Assembly: GCF_028641065.1 (NCBI RefSeq)
Contig: NC_073400.1
Span: forward strand, 14,322,001-14,386,000
Length of the DNA stretch: 64,000 nucleotides
DNA from: Leucoraja erinacea
Taxonomy: Eukaryota
Reading direction: 5' to 3'
Of the stretch, positions 41,382 to 52,860 are shown piece after piece (the first letter of the stretch is position 1; each line of letters starts with the position of its first letter). The notes under the pieces are model-generated. The model was given only the letters and a program-made list of their open reading frames with translations. It was not told the origin of the DNA and ran no database searches. The position numbers and the translations under genes were made by a program.

Positions 41382-44300
41382 ATAATAATAATAATAATAA
41401 TAATAATTTTATTTATAGAGCACTTTAAAAACAAACATAGCTGCAACAAAGTGCTGTACATCACTAATCATTGACAAAAAAGTTAATACACACCAAAAAT
41501 AACAATCAAAAGAAATAGTAGGAAAAGACATGTAAAAATAAAGAAACATCAAAAACACCACAAACAGAAGCAAAGCCTCAGGCATGGTCAAAAGCCAGGG
41601 AGTACAAATGCGTTTTAACACTGGATTTGAAGATGGACAGTGAGGGGGCCTGTCTGATGTGCAGCGGCAGGGTGTTCCAGAGTGCCGGAGCAGCAACAGA
41701 GAAGGCTCTATCCCCTCTGAGCCTCCGACTAGACCTCGGTACCTCCAGGAGCAGCTGACCAGCTGACCTGAGGGACCGGGCAGGAGTGTATGGGTGGAGC
41801 AGCTCAGAGAGGTAAGGCGGGGCGAGCCCATTCAGAGATTTAAAAACAAATAACAGTAACTTAAAATGAACCCGAAAGTGCACCGGGAGCCAGTGTAGGG
41901 AGGCCAGAATTGGCGATATGTGCTCCCTCTTTCGAGTCCCTGTTAAAAGGCGAGCAGCAGCATTCTGAACCAACTGGAGACGAGCCAGTGAAGAACGAGC
42001 AACACCAAAATAGAGCGCGTTACAGTAATCCAGCCTAGAAGTAATAAAGGCATGGATTACTGTCTCAAAATGCTGCCGCTCGAGAATGGGCTTCACCTTC
42101 GCCAGCTTCCTTAGGTGAAAGAAGCTGGACTTAACCACCGCGCATATTTGGCGATCTAATTTAAAGTCACTGTCCATCCTAAAACCCAGGTTCACAACTG
42201 TTGGCTTCACGTACCTTGACAATGGACCTAAATCAACAGATGGAGGTTCACGGCAGCCATTGGGATCAAATAAAATCACCTCTGTCTTCCTTTCATTAAA
42301 TCCAAGAAAGTTTAGGGCCAACCAGGACTTAATGTCATCAAGACAAGACAGAAGTGATTTTACAGAAAAGGCATCTTCCCCCCTCAGCGGCAAATAAAGC
42401 TGGGTATCATCTGCATAACAGTGGAAGGAGATGCCATGCTTTCTAAGGATGGAACCCAGAGGAAGTATGTACAGCGAGAAAAGCAGGGGCCCCAGAATCG
42501 AACCCTGTGGAACCCCATGTGACAGGGGAGCGGAAGAGGATTCAAACCCAGCAAGGCTTACACACATGGTTCTGCCCGCCAGATAGGACCTGAACCATCC
42601 CAGGGCACTGTCGCAGATGCCCACTAACTGCTGTAGCCGAGATAATAAGATATTATGGTCCACCGTATCAAAGGCGGCAGACAAGTCCAGCAGGACAAGA
42701 ACCACACAATCCCCAGAATCATTAGCCAGGAGGATATCGTTAAAAACCCTTAGCAATGCTGACTCCGTGCTGTGCATGGTTTTAAATCCAGACTGGAAGA
42801 TCTCCCGAATATCATGCTCCTCCAGGAATAGTTTTAGCTGAGCATAAACAACTCTCTCCAGTAATTTAGAAATAAAAGGCAATTTCGAGATGGGTCTAAA
42901 ATTGGCCAGAACAGATTGATCCAGGCCAGGTTTCTTAAGCAGTGGTTGCACTACCGCATGCTTAAAACTCACGGGGACAACCCCAGAACACAAGCTGCTG
43001 TTAATAATGGTAAGAACCGACTGCCCTATACTAGAGAAAACCTCCTTAAAAAGATGTGGAGGGACCGCATCACAAGGAGAACCCGATGGCTTAATATGGG
43101 AAACCACATCCTTTAAATACGATATAGTCACAGGCTCAAACTTGTTGAACACCACCAGGCAAGGGACCGAAACAGAAGGGTCAGAGGCAGGTGCTGAAAT
43201 GTTAGCCCTTAAGGAAACAACCTTATCAACAAAAAAGTGCAGGAAGTCATTACACATTTCAGGTGAAGCTTCCAGACAGACAGGCTGCGGGGCATTTAGA
43301 ACAGAGTCAATGATTTCAAATAGCACACGAGGGTTGTTACACTTTGACACAATAATTTTAGACAGGTACTCTCTCTTGGCCTTTTTAACACTGTTTTGGT
43401 AGTGACGCCAACAGTCCCTGAGAATTTGAAGTGAAACCTGTAGCCTGTCCTTCCTCCACTTTCGCTCAGCTCTACGACACTCCCGTCGTGCTGCACGAGT
43501 CACTGCACTGAACCAAGGTTCAGGTTTAGCCCTCGGCTTCAATGATCTTAACGGAGCCACAGAGTCCAGTATAGTCCTGCATGAAGAATGAAACCACGAA
43601 CTAATCTCCTCCGTACCAAGAGGAGTGGATGCAGAGGGGGCGCAGAGCTGATCGAAAGCAGCAGAGAACTTGCCAGCAGTAAAAGGGCTAAAAGACCGAC
43701 AGCGCCGAGCAGACACCACAGGCAAAATTGCTTCACAGGAGAAATTGACATCAAACAATACAGGCATATGATCTGAAAACACACAATCAGAGATTTCCAA
43801 ATTCAACACAGACAAGCCATGAGAGAGAACAAGGTCCAGTGTATGTCCATGTTCGTGTGTGGGACCAGACACACACTGCACAAAATCAAAAGAGTCCACA
43901 AGGCTGAAAAAGTCCTTCACTAACGGCTTAGCAGGACAGCACACATGGATGTTAAAGTCCCCAACCAAAAGGACACGATCATAGTTGGGCACGATCCCAG
44001 CCAGAAAATCAGAGAATTCATTTACAAAGTCCTTATTATACTTGGGCGGTCGGGTAGATGACCGCACAAAGCACCGGTTTGGAGCGGCCCACTTCAAATA
44101 CAGTTGCTTCGAAACTTGAGAAAGAAGATGATAGAGGGCATTGCCTGCACTTAAAGTTATTTTTATAAACAGCCGCTGTTCCTCCTCCACGGCCCGATAT
44201 CCGCGGTGAGTTGAAATAAGAGCAGCCAGCCGGTAATAGCTCAACAAGAGCGCTGCACTCACCTGGACCCATCCAAGTCTCAGTCACACAGAGGAAATCC

Positions 44301-45070
44301 AGTCCACGTGAGCAGAAGAAATCCCTCAGTATAAATGTCTTGTTTGCCAGGGATCTGGCGTTCGCTAAACCGATCCTGGAGGGGGATGGACTCACCAGAT
44401 CAGCTGATCGCTGAGCCCGGTGCAGAGTCCTCAGGTTCCGGGGATTCACCCCGTGGTGGCGGGGCCGAGGAGAGCATGGGAGGCGTGGCCCGTCTCGCCG
44501 CAGCTCCTGAGCATAGGAAGGGGTGGGGGCGAAGGGACCCACCCGGAAGAGTTGGTGTACCAGGTGACCTCCTTCGTTCCTCCAACCGAGACGGTGAGCC
44601 AAGCCAGTTCTCCGTGCTGCAGCAGGTGGACAGTGCTCCCGATCGTTGGGGAGGAGATTGTCCGTTGACAGTTGACAGTTGACAGTTGGTGAGCACCAGG
44701 CTGAAGGCTGAAGGCCCCGGAGATGTCCCTGAGCAAAGTGTTCCCGACGCTCAAGGCTTTCGAGGAGATTCCCACCTCCTGGCCCACCCAGTTTAGACTT
44801 CACCAGTCGACCGCTACGTTTGCCACGGCGACGGCGACGGCGACGCTTCCTCGGGCTTAAAACCCACTCCAGGTGAGTTTGGATTCCCAAGAGGAACGGG
44901 GGCAGTGTAGTATGTCCGCGGTAAACAAAGGCACCGACATTACGCTGAATGTCCATTAGAGATGTACGGTCGTAGACCAGCAGAGACTTTAGTTGTATAA
45001 CACCAATAGAAAACACAAAAAACAGAGAGAGCAACAGACGGGCAGCCATAGACATCGGCGCCATCTTGGA
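41382..45070 (-). mobile_element. Full-length L2-clade LINE (single APE+RT ORF), young copy inserted inside a V-SINE
   Basis: On the minus strand it starts TCCAAGATGGCG (45070) and ends with an L2-type 3' stem-loop CAGCACTTT...AAAGTGCT, then AATAAA and an (ATT)n tail (41382-41408). The flanks rejoin into one SINE (41179-41381 plus 45071-45385). CpG-rich relative to the flanks. Confidence 0.93.
41578..45064 (-). pseudogene. L2 endonuclease/reverse transcriptase ORF (~1161 aa if repaired) with a single +1 frameshift at ~44053
   Basis: ORF 44036..45190 carries the N-terminal APE motifs (GLANARSLANK, LCVTETW, GGGTA, CAVIY). ORF 41578..44262 continues with RPPK, VGDFNIH, HTLDLV, SDH and the RT motifs FRPISKLP, QSGF, LDLSAAFDTVDH, GVPQGSILGP, YADD. 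Removing one G of GGG 44052-44054 restores IYRPPK. Confidence 0.92.
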
Positions 45071-45113
45071 GTGTATGGGATTCATTGGTTGACCCGGACT
45101 CGGTGGACCAAAG

Positions 45114-45344
45114 CAGGGGCGGAAAACCCGGGGGGGCCAGAGGGGACAGGTCCCCCCCATGTTTTGAGAAGTGGGGGACATCCCCCCCAAGTTTTTGTGA
45201 TCCCGATTTTAAAATCTCCACTTTTAACGCTGGATTGAGCCTCCAAAGCCTCGAACGTGTGTGTGAGTGTGCGCATGCGCGCGTGGCCGCCAAGAAATTG
45301 TGTCCCCCATCCCCTCCATGTTTTGATAGCGAGTTCCGCTCTTG
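45114..45344. mobile_element. hAT-like MITE, 231 bp
   Basis: Imperfect TIRs CAGGGGCGGAAAACCCG and CGAGTTCCGCTCTTG; 8-bp flanking duplication GACCAAAG (45106-45113) / GTCCAAAG (45345-45352); subterminal TCCCCC..CATGTTTTGA repeats. It interrupts the SINE 3' tail. Confidence 0.78.
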
Positions 45345-47263
45345 GTCCAAAGAGACAGTTTCCACGCTGCATCTCTAAAGTCTAAAGTGTGCATGCACAA
45401 AAAGTAAGTAATATTAGCAATTAATAAGGCTTCACAACAGCGGCTTTGCTATCCAAAGATAGACACAAAATGCTGCAGTAACTCAACGGGACAGGCAGCA
45501 TCTTTGGATAATATGGGTAGGTGATGTTTTGGGTTGGGACCCTTCTTCAGACTGATTGTGGGGGGGGGGGGGGGGGGGGGGTGGGTTGGAGTAGGTAAAT
45601 GGGGCGGGGAGGTAGAAGGAAGAAAACACTAAGACATTATCTTATTAATAATTATTATCCTTATATTATTAATAATAAACCAAATAGTAGGATTGATGTC
45701 ATAACTTCAATTTTTCAATATCCTTCTTTCTCAAATTCATATGTTACTCTTCCAGTAAAGTATTTTGTGGCCGAAAGATGTGAATGCGGTAAAGTCTCAC
45801 AAACAGCAAAGTTGACAAATTAGGAAGTGAAGGGATAACCATGATTGCAAATGTGTCATATGACTCCTTACAGGCAGGTTTAACATCTGACCTCAAGGAT
45901 GCACCTCCAACTGCACAGCAATCTCTCAGTACAATACCATATAAGGGATCTTGGGGTTCAAATCCATAACTCGGCACACTCGGGGCAACACATTGGCACT
46001 TGGTAGAGTTGCTGTCTTCTGACCTCTGCCTTCTGACCTTGAGGACAGGTCCATGAATAAGACAGCACTGAGGGACAATAGCTGATGGGCTGCGATTAGG
46101 TGGGTGGGAATCTATGGCATTGTCAGAATGTATATGGAAGTGAGAGATATTTGGTATCATGAAAGACGTGTGTGTGTGTGTGTGTGTGAGTGTGCATGCG
46201 TGTGTGGGTGTGTATCTGTGTAAGTGTGTAAGTGTTTAGTCACTAGTGCTTTTACGTTGGAATTAACTAGCAGATTCATTGAGGTGACTGCTCATGGATG
46301 TCAAATTAGATGTGATATTATTGTCACCTCAGATCATTTATGCTGAAGAAACTATGATTAATTTTATTTTAAGTAAAGGGAATTAAGACCCATTAAATAT
46401 TCATCATATTGTTCAGAATCTCAGTATGAATGTTTTTCACCTTATAAAACTCAGTATTTTCTCTGGATGATCCTTACATACATCCTTACATTGATCCAAC
46501 AAAGGTTTGTTGCATGCATAACTCCACACTCCGAGGGGCAGTTCGTCTGCAATAAGATTGAACAACTTACTTTAACTTTATGAAAATATAAAATTATTTT
46601 TGACTCGCTTTCTGGGAGATACAGCACAATTTACAAGTGTGCAAAATAGTTGCAATAGTGCAATGCGTAAGAATCTTACAAAAACATAAAAATAACATCA
46701 GTATTTAAGAAACGAAAGCAGCATTTAAAGGCACCTGGTGGGTAACATTTCAATTGTCATTCTAACGGTGATGACATGATTTTCTCCAGGCTAGCAGAGG
46801 GTTACTGAAGATATGTAAGCTTCCAGCTTTCGTGTGTCAAAGATGAGGAACACGTCTTACCAATTTTCCGGTATTAAGCTAATAACTGTATCAAATGGAA
46901 CCGGTAATGGTAATAAGTTTGTGGATTTGCTGAGGTATTGAACTATATCCAATAATCTTTAAGCAAAAGTAATTCAACTTAATTAGTGTTAACCATTTGC
47001 ATAATTTTTGATATTTAATAAGGGTCTTAATTTCCTTTTCTTAAAATTAAAATGAATCATTGTTTCATCAGCATAAATGATCTGAGGGGCAATAATGTCA
47101 CATCTAATTTGGTATCTATGAGCAGTCACCTCAATAAATCTGATAGTAAATTCCAAAGTAAAAGCAATTCATACCCACAAACCATGGATATTAATTATCA
47201 TGGCACTGGGCATCTTAATCATGTCACACACACACATTAGTATTAGATTAGTATTAGTATTAG

Positions 47264-47922
47264 GGTGAACTGTTTTAAATATCTGGGAGTCCACATCTCT
47301 GAGGATATGACATGGTCATCACACGCCTCAGCACTGGTGAGTAAGGCAAGGCAGCGCCTTTACCACCTCAGGCAATTGAGGAAATTCAGAGTGTCTCCGA
47401 GGATCCTCCAGTGCTTCTACGCAGCGGCGGTGGAAAGCATCTTGTCCGGGAACATTACCATCTGGTTCGGGAATTGCTCTGCCAAGGACAAGAAGGCTCT
47501 GCAGAGAGTAGTGCGTTCGGCCGAACGCACTATGGGAACTTCACTCACCCCCCTGCAGGAACTATACAACAGGAGGTGCAACTCCAGAGCAAACAAAATC
47601 ATGAGAGACCTCTTCCACCCCTGCAACAGACTGTTCCAGCCGCTACGGTCAGGCAAACGCCTCCGTTGCCATGCAGTGAGAACGGAGAGGTTGAGAAGGA
47701 GTTTCTTCCCAGAGGCAATTCGGACTGTAAACGCCTTTCTCACCAGGGACTAACTGTACAGAACGTTTTTCCTTCTATTATTTATTATGTAAAATAATAT
47801 GTGTTTATGATTGTGTTTTTAATTTGTTTGGTTGTTTTGTTGTTCCGCGAGCATTGCCACTTTCATTTCACTGCACATCTCGTATGTGTATGTGACAAAT
47901 AAACTTGACTTGACTTGACTTG
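47264..47922 (+). mobile_element. Young 5'-truncated Rex1/Babar-clade LINE (RT C-terminus + 3' UTR + (ACTTG)n tail)
   Basis: Open frame 47265..47753: FKYLGVHI..W..H, ARQRLYHLRQLRKF, FY...ESIL...W.GNCS, LQRVVRSAE, HP...F..L.SGKR, SFFP.AIR; then TGTGACAAATAAAC and a pentamer tail. Confidence 0.88.
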
Positions 47923-48619
47923 ATTACAGCCATTCCTGGTGCCAAATGTAAACATCTAATTCTAAGCATGCTACCTGTTGGTCCACAGAATGCAAAGGAT
48001 TCAATTGCATTATTTAAAGAAAACAGGGAGGTAAAGGTCCCAAAATAACTTATGTCGTCAAGTGCAAGCAGGAGGGGCTAGTGGGACTAGTCTCAATAGG
48101 ACATGTCAGTCGACGTGGACAAGTTGGGCCTGTTTCCACACTTTATGCCTCCACTGATGGATTTTTGATTAGTAAGGGTCTCAGGGTTTATGGGGTCAAG
48201 GCAGGAGAATGGGGTTGAGAGGGAAAGATAGATCAATCGTGTTTGAATGGCACAGTAGATTTGATGGGCCGAATTGCCTAATTCTGCTCCTATAACATGA
48301 ACTTTGAGAGATTTTGGTCCAAAGGTTAATTGTCAATTTTTATTTTTGCACAACTATGGTTAAAAAGCCCTTTTGAATAATTTAAAGATATCTAATGTGC
48401 TGCAATAAATAGTTTATTACTTTCTATTCATACCTGATCCTTTGAAATTCTGCCATGTCTAAATATCTGCTAAACCTCTCCTCCTCGTCTAATTATTACA
48501 TTGAAATCGGGTCTAATAAGGCGAGTTATGTATTACTCCACCAGGCTCATTAACATTCTAGCAATGATTAGACAGTCACGGCCCACTAAGGCAGTGGTGA
48601 TTGCGAAAGAGTGGGGATG

Positions 48620-48780
48620 TGAGAGAGAGAGGAAGAGTGAGCACGAGAGAGAGGGTGAGAGAGCGGGCAAGAGAGAGGGGGTGGTCGAAAGAGGGGGGGG
48701 GGGGGGGGGGGGGAGAGAGGAGAGAGGGAGAGAGAAGGGAAGGGGAAGGGGAGGGGGAGAGAGCCAAAAAGCCAGAGAGA
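48620..48780. repeat. Purine-rich (GA/G)n low-complexity tract; other simple repeats are poly-G 45560-45581, (GT)n 46168-46212 and poly-C 59873-59894
   Basis: Direct reading of the sequence. Confidence 0.9.
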
Positions 48781-51700
48781 ATCAAAATCGGGATGCCAGG
48801 AACTCAGAGAGGCAATCAGGAAGAGATGCAAACACACTCAGCTACGGTTTACATGTTCCTCATTCAAGCAATTATTTGAAACACTTATCTTCTTAACCAA
48901 AAAGAGGTTAGTTATCGCAGTTTTACATTCTCCTCCCATAGAGAGAGAATAACTAGTATGGGAAAACTCGTCCCATTGTGTAGAATGCATCCATTCACTG
49001 GAACCTATTCATTGCAAAGAAATCGCATAGACTTGCAAAACACTATTTTATTAGAAATGTTTTTTGTATAAAAAATGAACATGCTCTACACTTTCCATTA
49101 CGTATTCATAAACAACCAGGCACTGTACTTTTGATTGGTCAGGACATAAAGCAGACATTTTTTTTTCAGTCAGTTTGTGACATACATTGACTTGCCATCT
49201 ATTTGGTGAGCACTTAGACATATTTCATTTCGCAACACATAGATTAAGTTCAAAATCAATAGAAATAAAAACAACTCTGACACAATCACGGACAACTTCA
49301 CAAGATTTAAAGGGAGTTAATTCTGGTGACAAATCATCAAGGAATCAAAAGATCCAGGAATTGTCATCCTCCTTCCGTGCAGTTTGTCATCTTGGTATTT
49401 TGGGTCTCCAGGTGAACGTTAAGCTTGGATACAATCCTTTTACTATCAGTCTGTTGGGAACTCTGTAATGGCCCTTGTTAGCATCTGCAACGGGACATCC
49501 AGACCATCGATGCATCTATCTTTCTTCAACTGTAAATTCGTGACAGACCCTTCTGGAGTGTCTTGTTCATTCAGATTGCATGATTACTGTAGCTGACATA
49601 TGTTTGCTTGGTAGCCAATGCTGTAGAGAAAAAATAAACACCAAAGACACGTTAATGTCTTCATAATTAAAAGGAAACAATTCTGACACAATCAATTGTA
49701 CAAAGTAATGAAAGGATAAATCAGGTAGGTGCACATAATTTCTTGCCCAGAGTAGGGGAATCGAGAACCAGAGGGCATAGATTTAAGGTGAGGGGGGAGG
49801 AAGATTTAATTGGAACCTGAGGGGTAACTTTTTCACACAAAGGGTGGTGGGTGTATGGAACGAACTGTCGGAAGAGATAGTTGAGGCAACGTTTAGACAG
49901 GTACAGTACATGGATAAGACAGGTTTAGAGGGATATGGGCCAAACGTAGGTAACTGGGACAAGTATAGATGGGACATGTAAACCGATGTGGGCAAGTTGG
50001 GCCAAAGGGCCTGTTTCCAAGCTGTAAGACTCTACGAAAGTAGCAGATTCCCTCTTACTGATGTAAGTTATAAAATACAAAAGGAAATGATTGCTTGATT
50101 CTTCAGAAATGTCTCAAACAACTGTGCTACAAAAAACAAACTATATTATGAAAAGTTTCATGTATTGCATGATTATACTGGATTGTAAGCAAGTCAAAGC
50201 ATTTCACTGTTCCTGGATACATGTGATTGTAAAGTAACTATTGAACCATCTATTTAATTTAAATTAGTTAATTCCTGAATGATCCCTGTGAGGCAACACA
50301 TTTAATGAAAGTATTCGAAATGTTTGGTATTTGTTTATGCTGAGGTTAAATGAAGGATGTGATGTTTTCTATAACTAATTGATTGAATTTTAACAATGTC
50401 TTGATGTTCTCATTAACAACATCTTAATTGGAATCAAACATTCTAGGTTACCATAAACTAGTGCATTGATGACCAGACAGAAGTCTGAAATGAAAAAGCT
50501 CCATAAAATAAGATAAAAAGTAAAGATAAAAAGAAAAGGAGCAAAAGATAATAGAAAGACAAATTAGTGCTCTTTGATAAATAGATACACTTTTAGGCTT
50601 TACTTTAGACTTTAGAGCGGAAACAGGCCCTTCAGCATATCTAGTCCCCGCCAACCTGCGATCACCCCGTACACTAGCACTATCCTACACACTAGGGACA
50701 ATTCACAATTTTACTGAGGCCAATTAACTCTGTATGTGTTTTGGAGTGTGGGAGGAAACCAGAGCACCTGGAGAAAGGAAGGAAGCATAAGAAATACAAG
50801 TACAATAATGGGACAGATAGAGTAACTGGGTGAAATAATATGGGAGTGATCAACTAGAGTATGCAGCAAAAAAACGATTCTGCAGGACGATAGGGAAGCG
50901 TTAAGAGTGCATGAGTGTTTAATTTATGTCATAAGTTCACAAGTTATAGGAGCAGAATTAGGCCATTCGGTCCATCAAGTCTACTCCGCCATTCAATCAT
51001 AGTTGATCTATCTTTCCCTCTCAACCCAATTCTCCTGCCTTCTCGCCATAACCCCTGACACCTATACTAATCAAGAATCTATCAATCTAGTGATGCTTTG
51101 GGTCAGGACCCTTCTTCAGACTGATCTAACAAAGCTAACATGAAGTAGGACTTCCTCGTTTTATATTTGTGAATGAAGCTAAGCAGTTGGAATGAATAGC
51201 AATAGAAGAACCTTTTGGTGACAATAATGTTTAGTTCACTTTGATCTGGAATAGTCATGGAAAAGGACAAATCAAATTCCAGTGAAAAGTTCACAATCTG
51301 GGTTAAAGCTAATGTTATTAAACCTGTGATGTAACTCACCAAGGGTGGATGGGGGGGGGGGGAGAGCTATATGAAGGTGCAATAGGCAACATTCAGGAAG
51401 AATATAGTGAGAGTTTAGAGTAAATAGATCGCCCTCTAACAAACAAAGGAAGTCCCAAATATAAACCTTCCGAGATGTCATGAAGATTACAGGGGAGTAT
51501 AACACCAAGAAAATGAAGCCAAATTCACCCTGACGTTGACATGAGTTACATTTCTTTCACTGTCCCAAATTTATATAATTCTACCAAAGGAAAATGCTCG
51601 ATAATGCTTTGCAGCAGTAAATATTCAGGTTTCCGATAAACATCTGAGTATAACATTAAGGCTTTTACATTATGGAAGAAGGATATTTTAGAAGGAAGAG

Positions 51701-52484
51701 ATAACATTTCTAATAATGGGATGGTTAAAGGTACAATAATTACTGGCACTTTCATCATCTAAGATGGAATTGCAATGAAATAAAACCTCTATCCGTATAA
51801 CTTTGGAAAGGTGATGTAACTAATGTTGAGCACAGATAAGCATTATCATGTAAATGTGGTGTATAATTCAATATAATGATGAGAGCCTTGTAGTAGTAAT
51901 ACACTTAATGGAAGAGTTGCTGAGAAATTAATGATAAGGCTATCAGCAGAACATTCCATGCACTAAAGCAAGATTTTTTTTTAGGTATAATGAATAGTAA
52001 TTTTGTTTCAAAATGGCATCTAGTGCAAGCACCCACTTATGATGCGTACGTCACAGCTAATACCCAGCGGCAGTATACAAGGCAGTCTCACAGAGATCCC
52101 AAATGTTTATTCTTTTACTTTTGCACAGCTGAATATCCATTAATAACCTGGACAATACCAGTGCCATTAAAAGCAATCAACAATTACTTGCTGATTCCCT
52201 TTAAGGAAACCCCTCCCTCCTCCTTCCCTTTCTTCACCACACCCACCTGGACTCGCACCAATTTCTCCCCTTCTCCACTCTTCCTCTGGCTTCACAATTC
52301 GCAACTCTTCAATTCTTTTGTCTCACACCTGTTTTAATCTCTGGCCTTTGTCCAACCATCTGCCTATCCTCTCGTCTTGGTCTTCCATATAGCTTTGCCC
52401 AATGCAATGCAAACTTGGTGGCTGCAGCCTTGCTGGTGGGAGGCCCCATCCGTGCATTGGAGGAGACCAGATGATATTGGTGAT

Positions 52485-52680
52485 AGATACAATGTGCTGG
52501 AGTAACTCAGCGGGTCAGGCAGCATCTCTGGAGAAAAAGGATGGGTGACGTTTCGGGTTGCAATCCTTCTTCAGACTTAAGTGCCACCCAAAACATCAAC
52601 CATCCTTTTTCTCCAGAGATGCTGCCTGACCCGCTGAGTTATTCCAGCACTGTGTGCATCTGTAGTTCCTTCCTGCACAA
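52485..52680. mobile_element. Penelope-derived fold-back element
   Basis: Arms GTGCTGGAGTAACTCAGCGGGTCAGGCAGCATCTCTGGAGAAAAAGGATGG and its reverse complement; degraded TSD TGATATTGGTG / TGATATTGATG. Confidence 0.8.
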
Positions 52681-52726
52681 TTGATATTGATGGGTGATAT
52701 TGATCAGCCCTGGATCTAGAATATTC

Positions 52727-52860
52727 TTCAGTCTGAAGAAGGGTTTCGGCCCGAAACGTTGCCTATTCCCTTGGCTCCATAGATGCTGCTGCACCCGCTG
52801 AGTTTCTCCAGCTTTTTTGTGTACCTTCGATTTTCCAGCATCTGCAGTTCCTTCTTGAAC
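52727..52860 (+). mobile_element. 134-bp Penelope-derived mini-element (hammerhead core + pLTR end + tail) with 12-bp TSD
   Basis: TCTAGAATATTC at 52715-52726 and 52861-52872; core CTGAAGA A GGGT TTCG GCCC GAAACGTT at 52733-52760. Confidence 0.85.

Larger units (their letters stand above)
41179..45385 (+). mobile_element. V-SINE split by the L2 and the hAT-like MITE
   Basis: Head and V-domain 41179-41381; body resumes 45071-45113; tail 45345-45385 (CAGTTTCCACGCTGCATCTCTAAA). Confidence 0.82.

Noticed and set aside
45065-45190. Upstream start of the 384-aa ORF
   Set aside because: These codons come from the flanking SINE and MITE; the element's own ATG is at 45064.
46780-46820. Possible 25-nt micro-exon (TTTTCTCCAG ... 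GTAAGC)
   Set aside because: Splice-like motifs are expected by chance; there is no frame or homology support.
48501-48896. Arg/Glu/Gly-rich ORFs
   Set aside because: Low-complexity GA/G tract.
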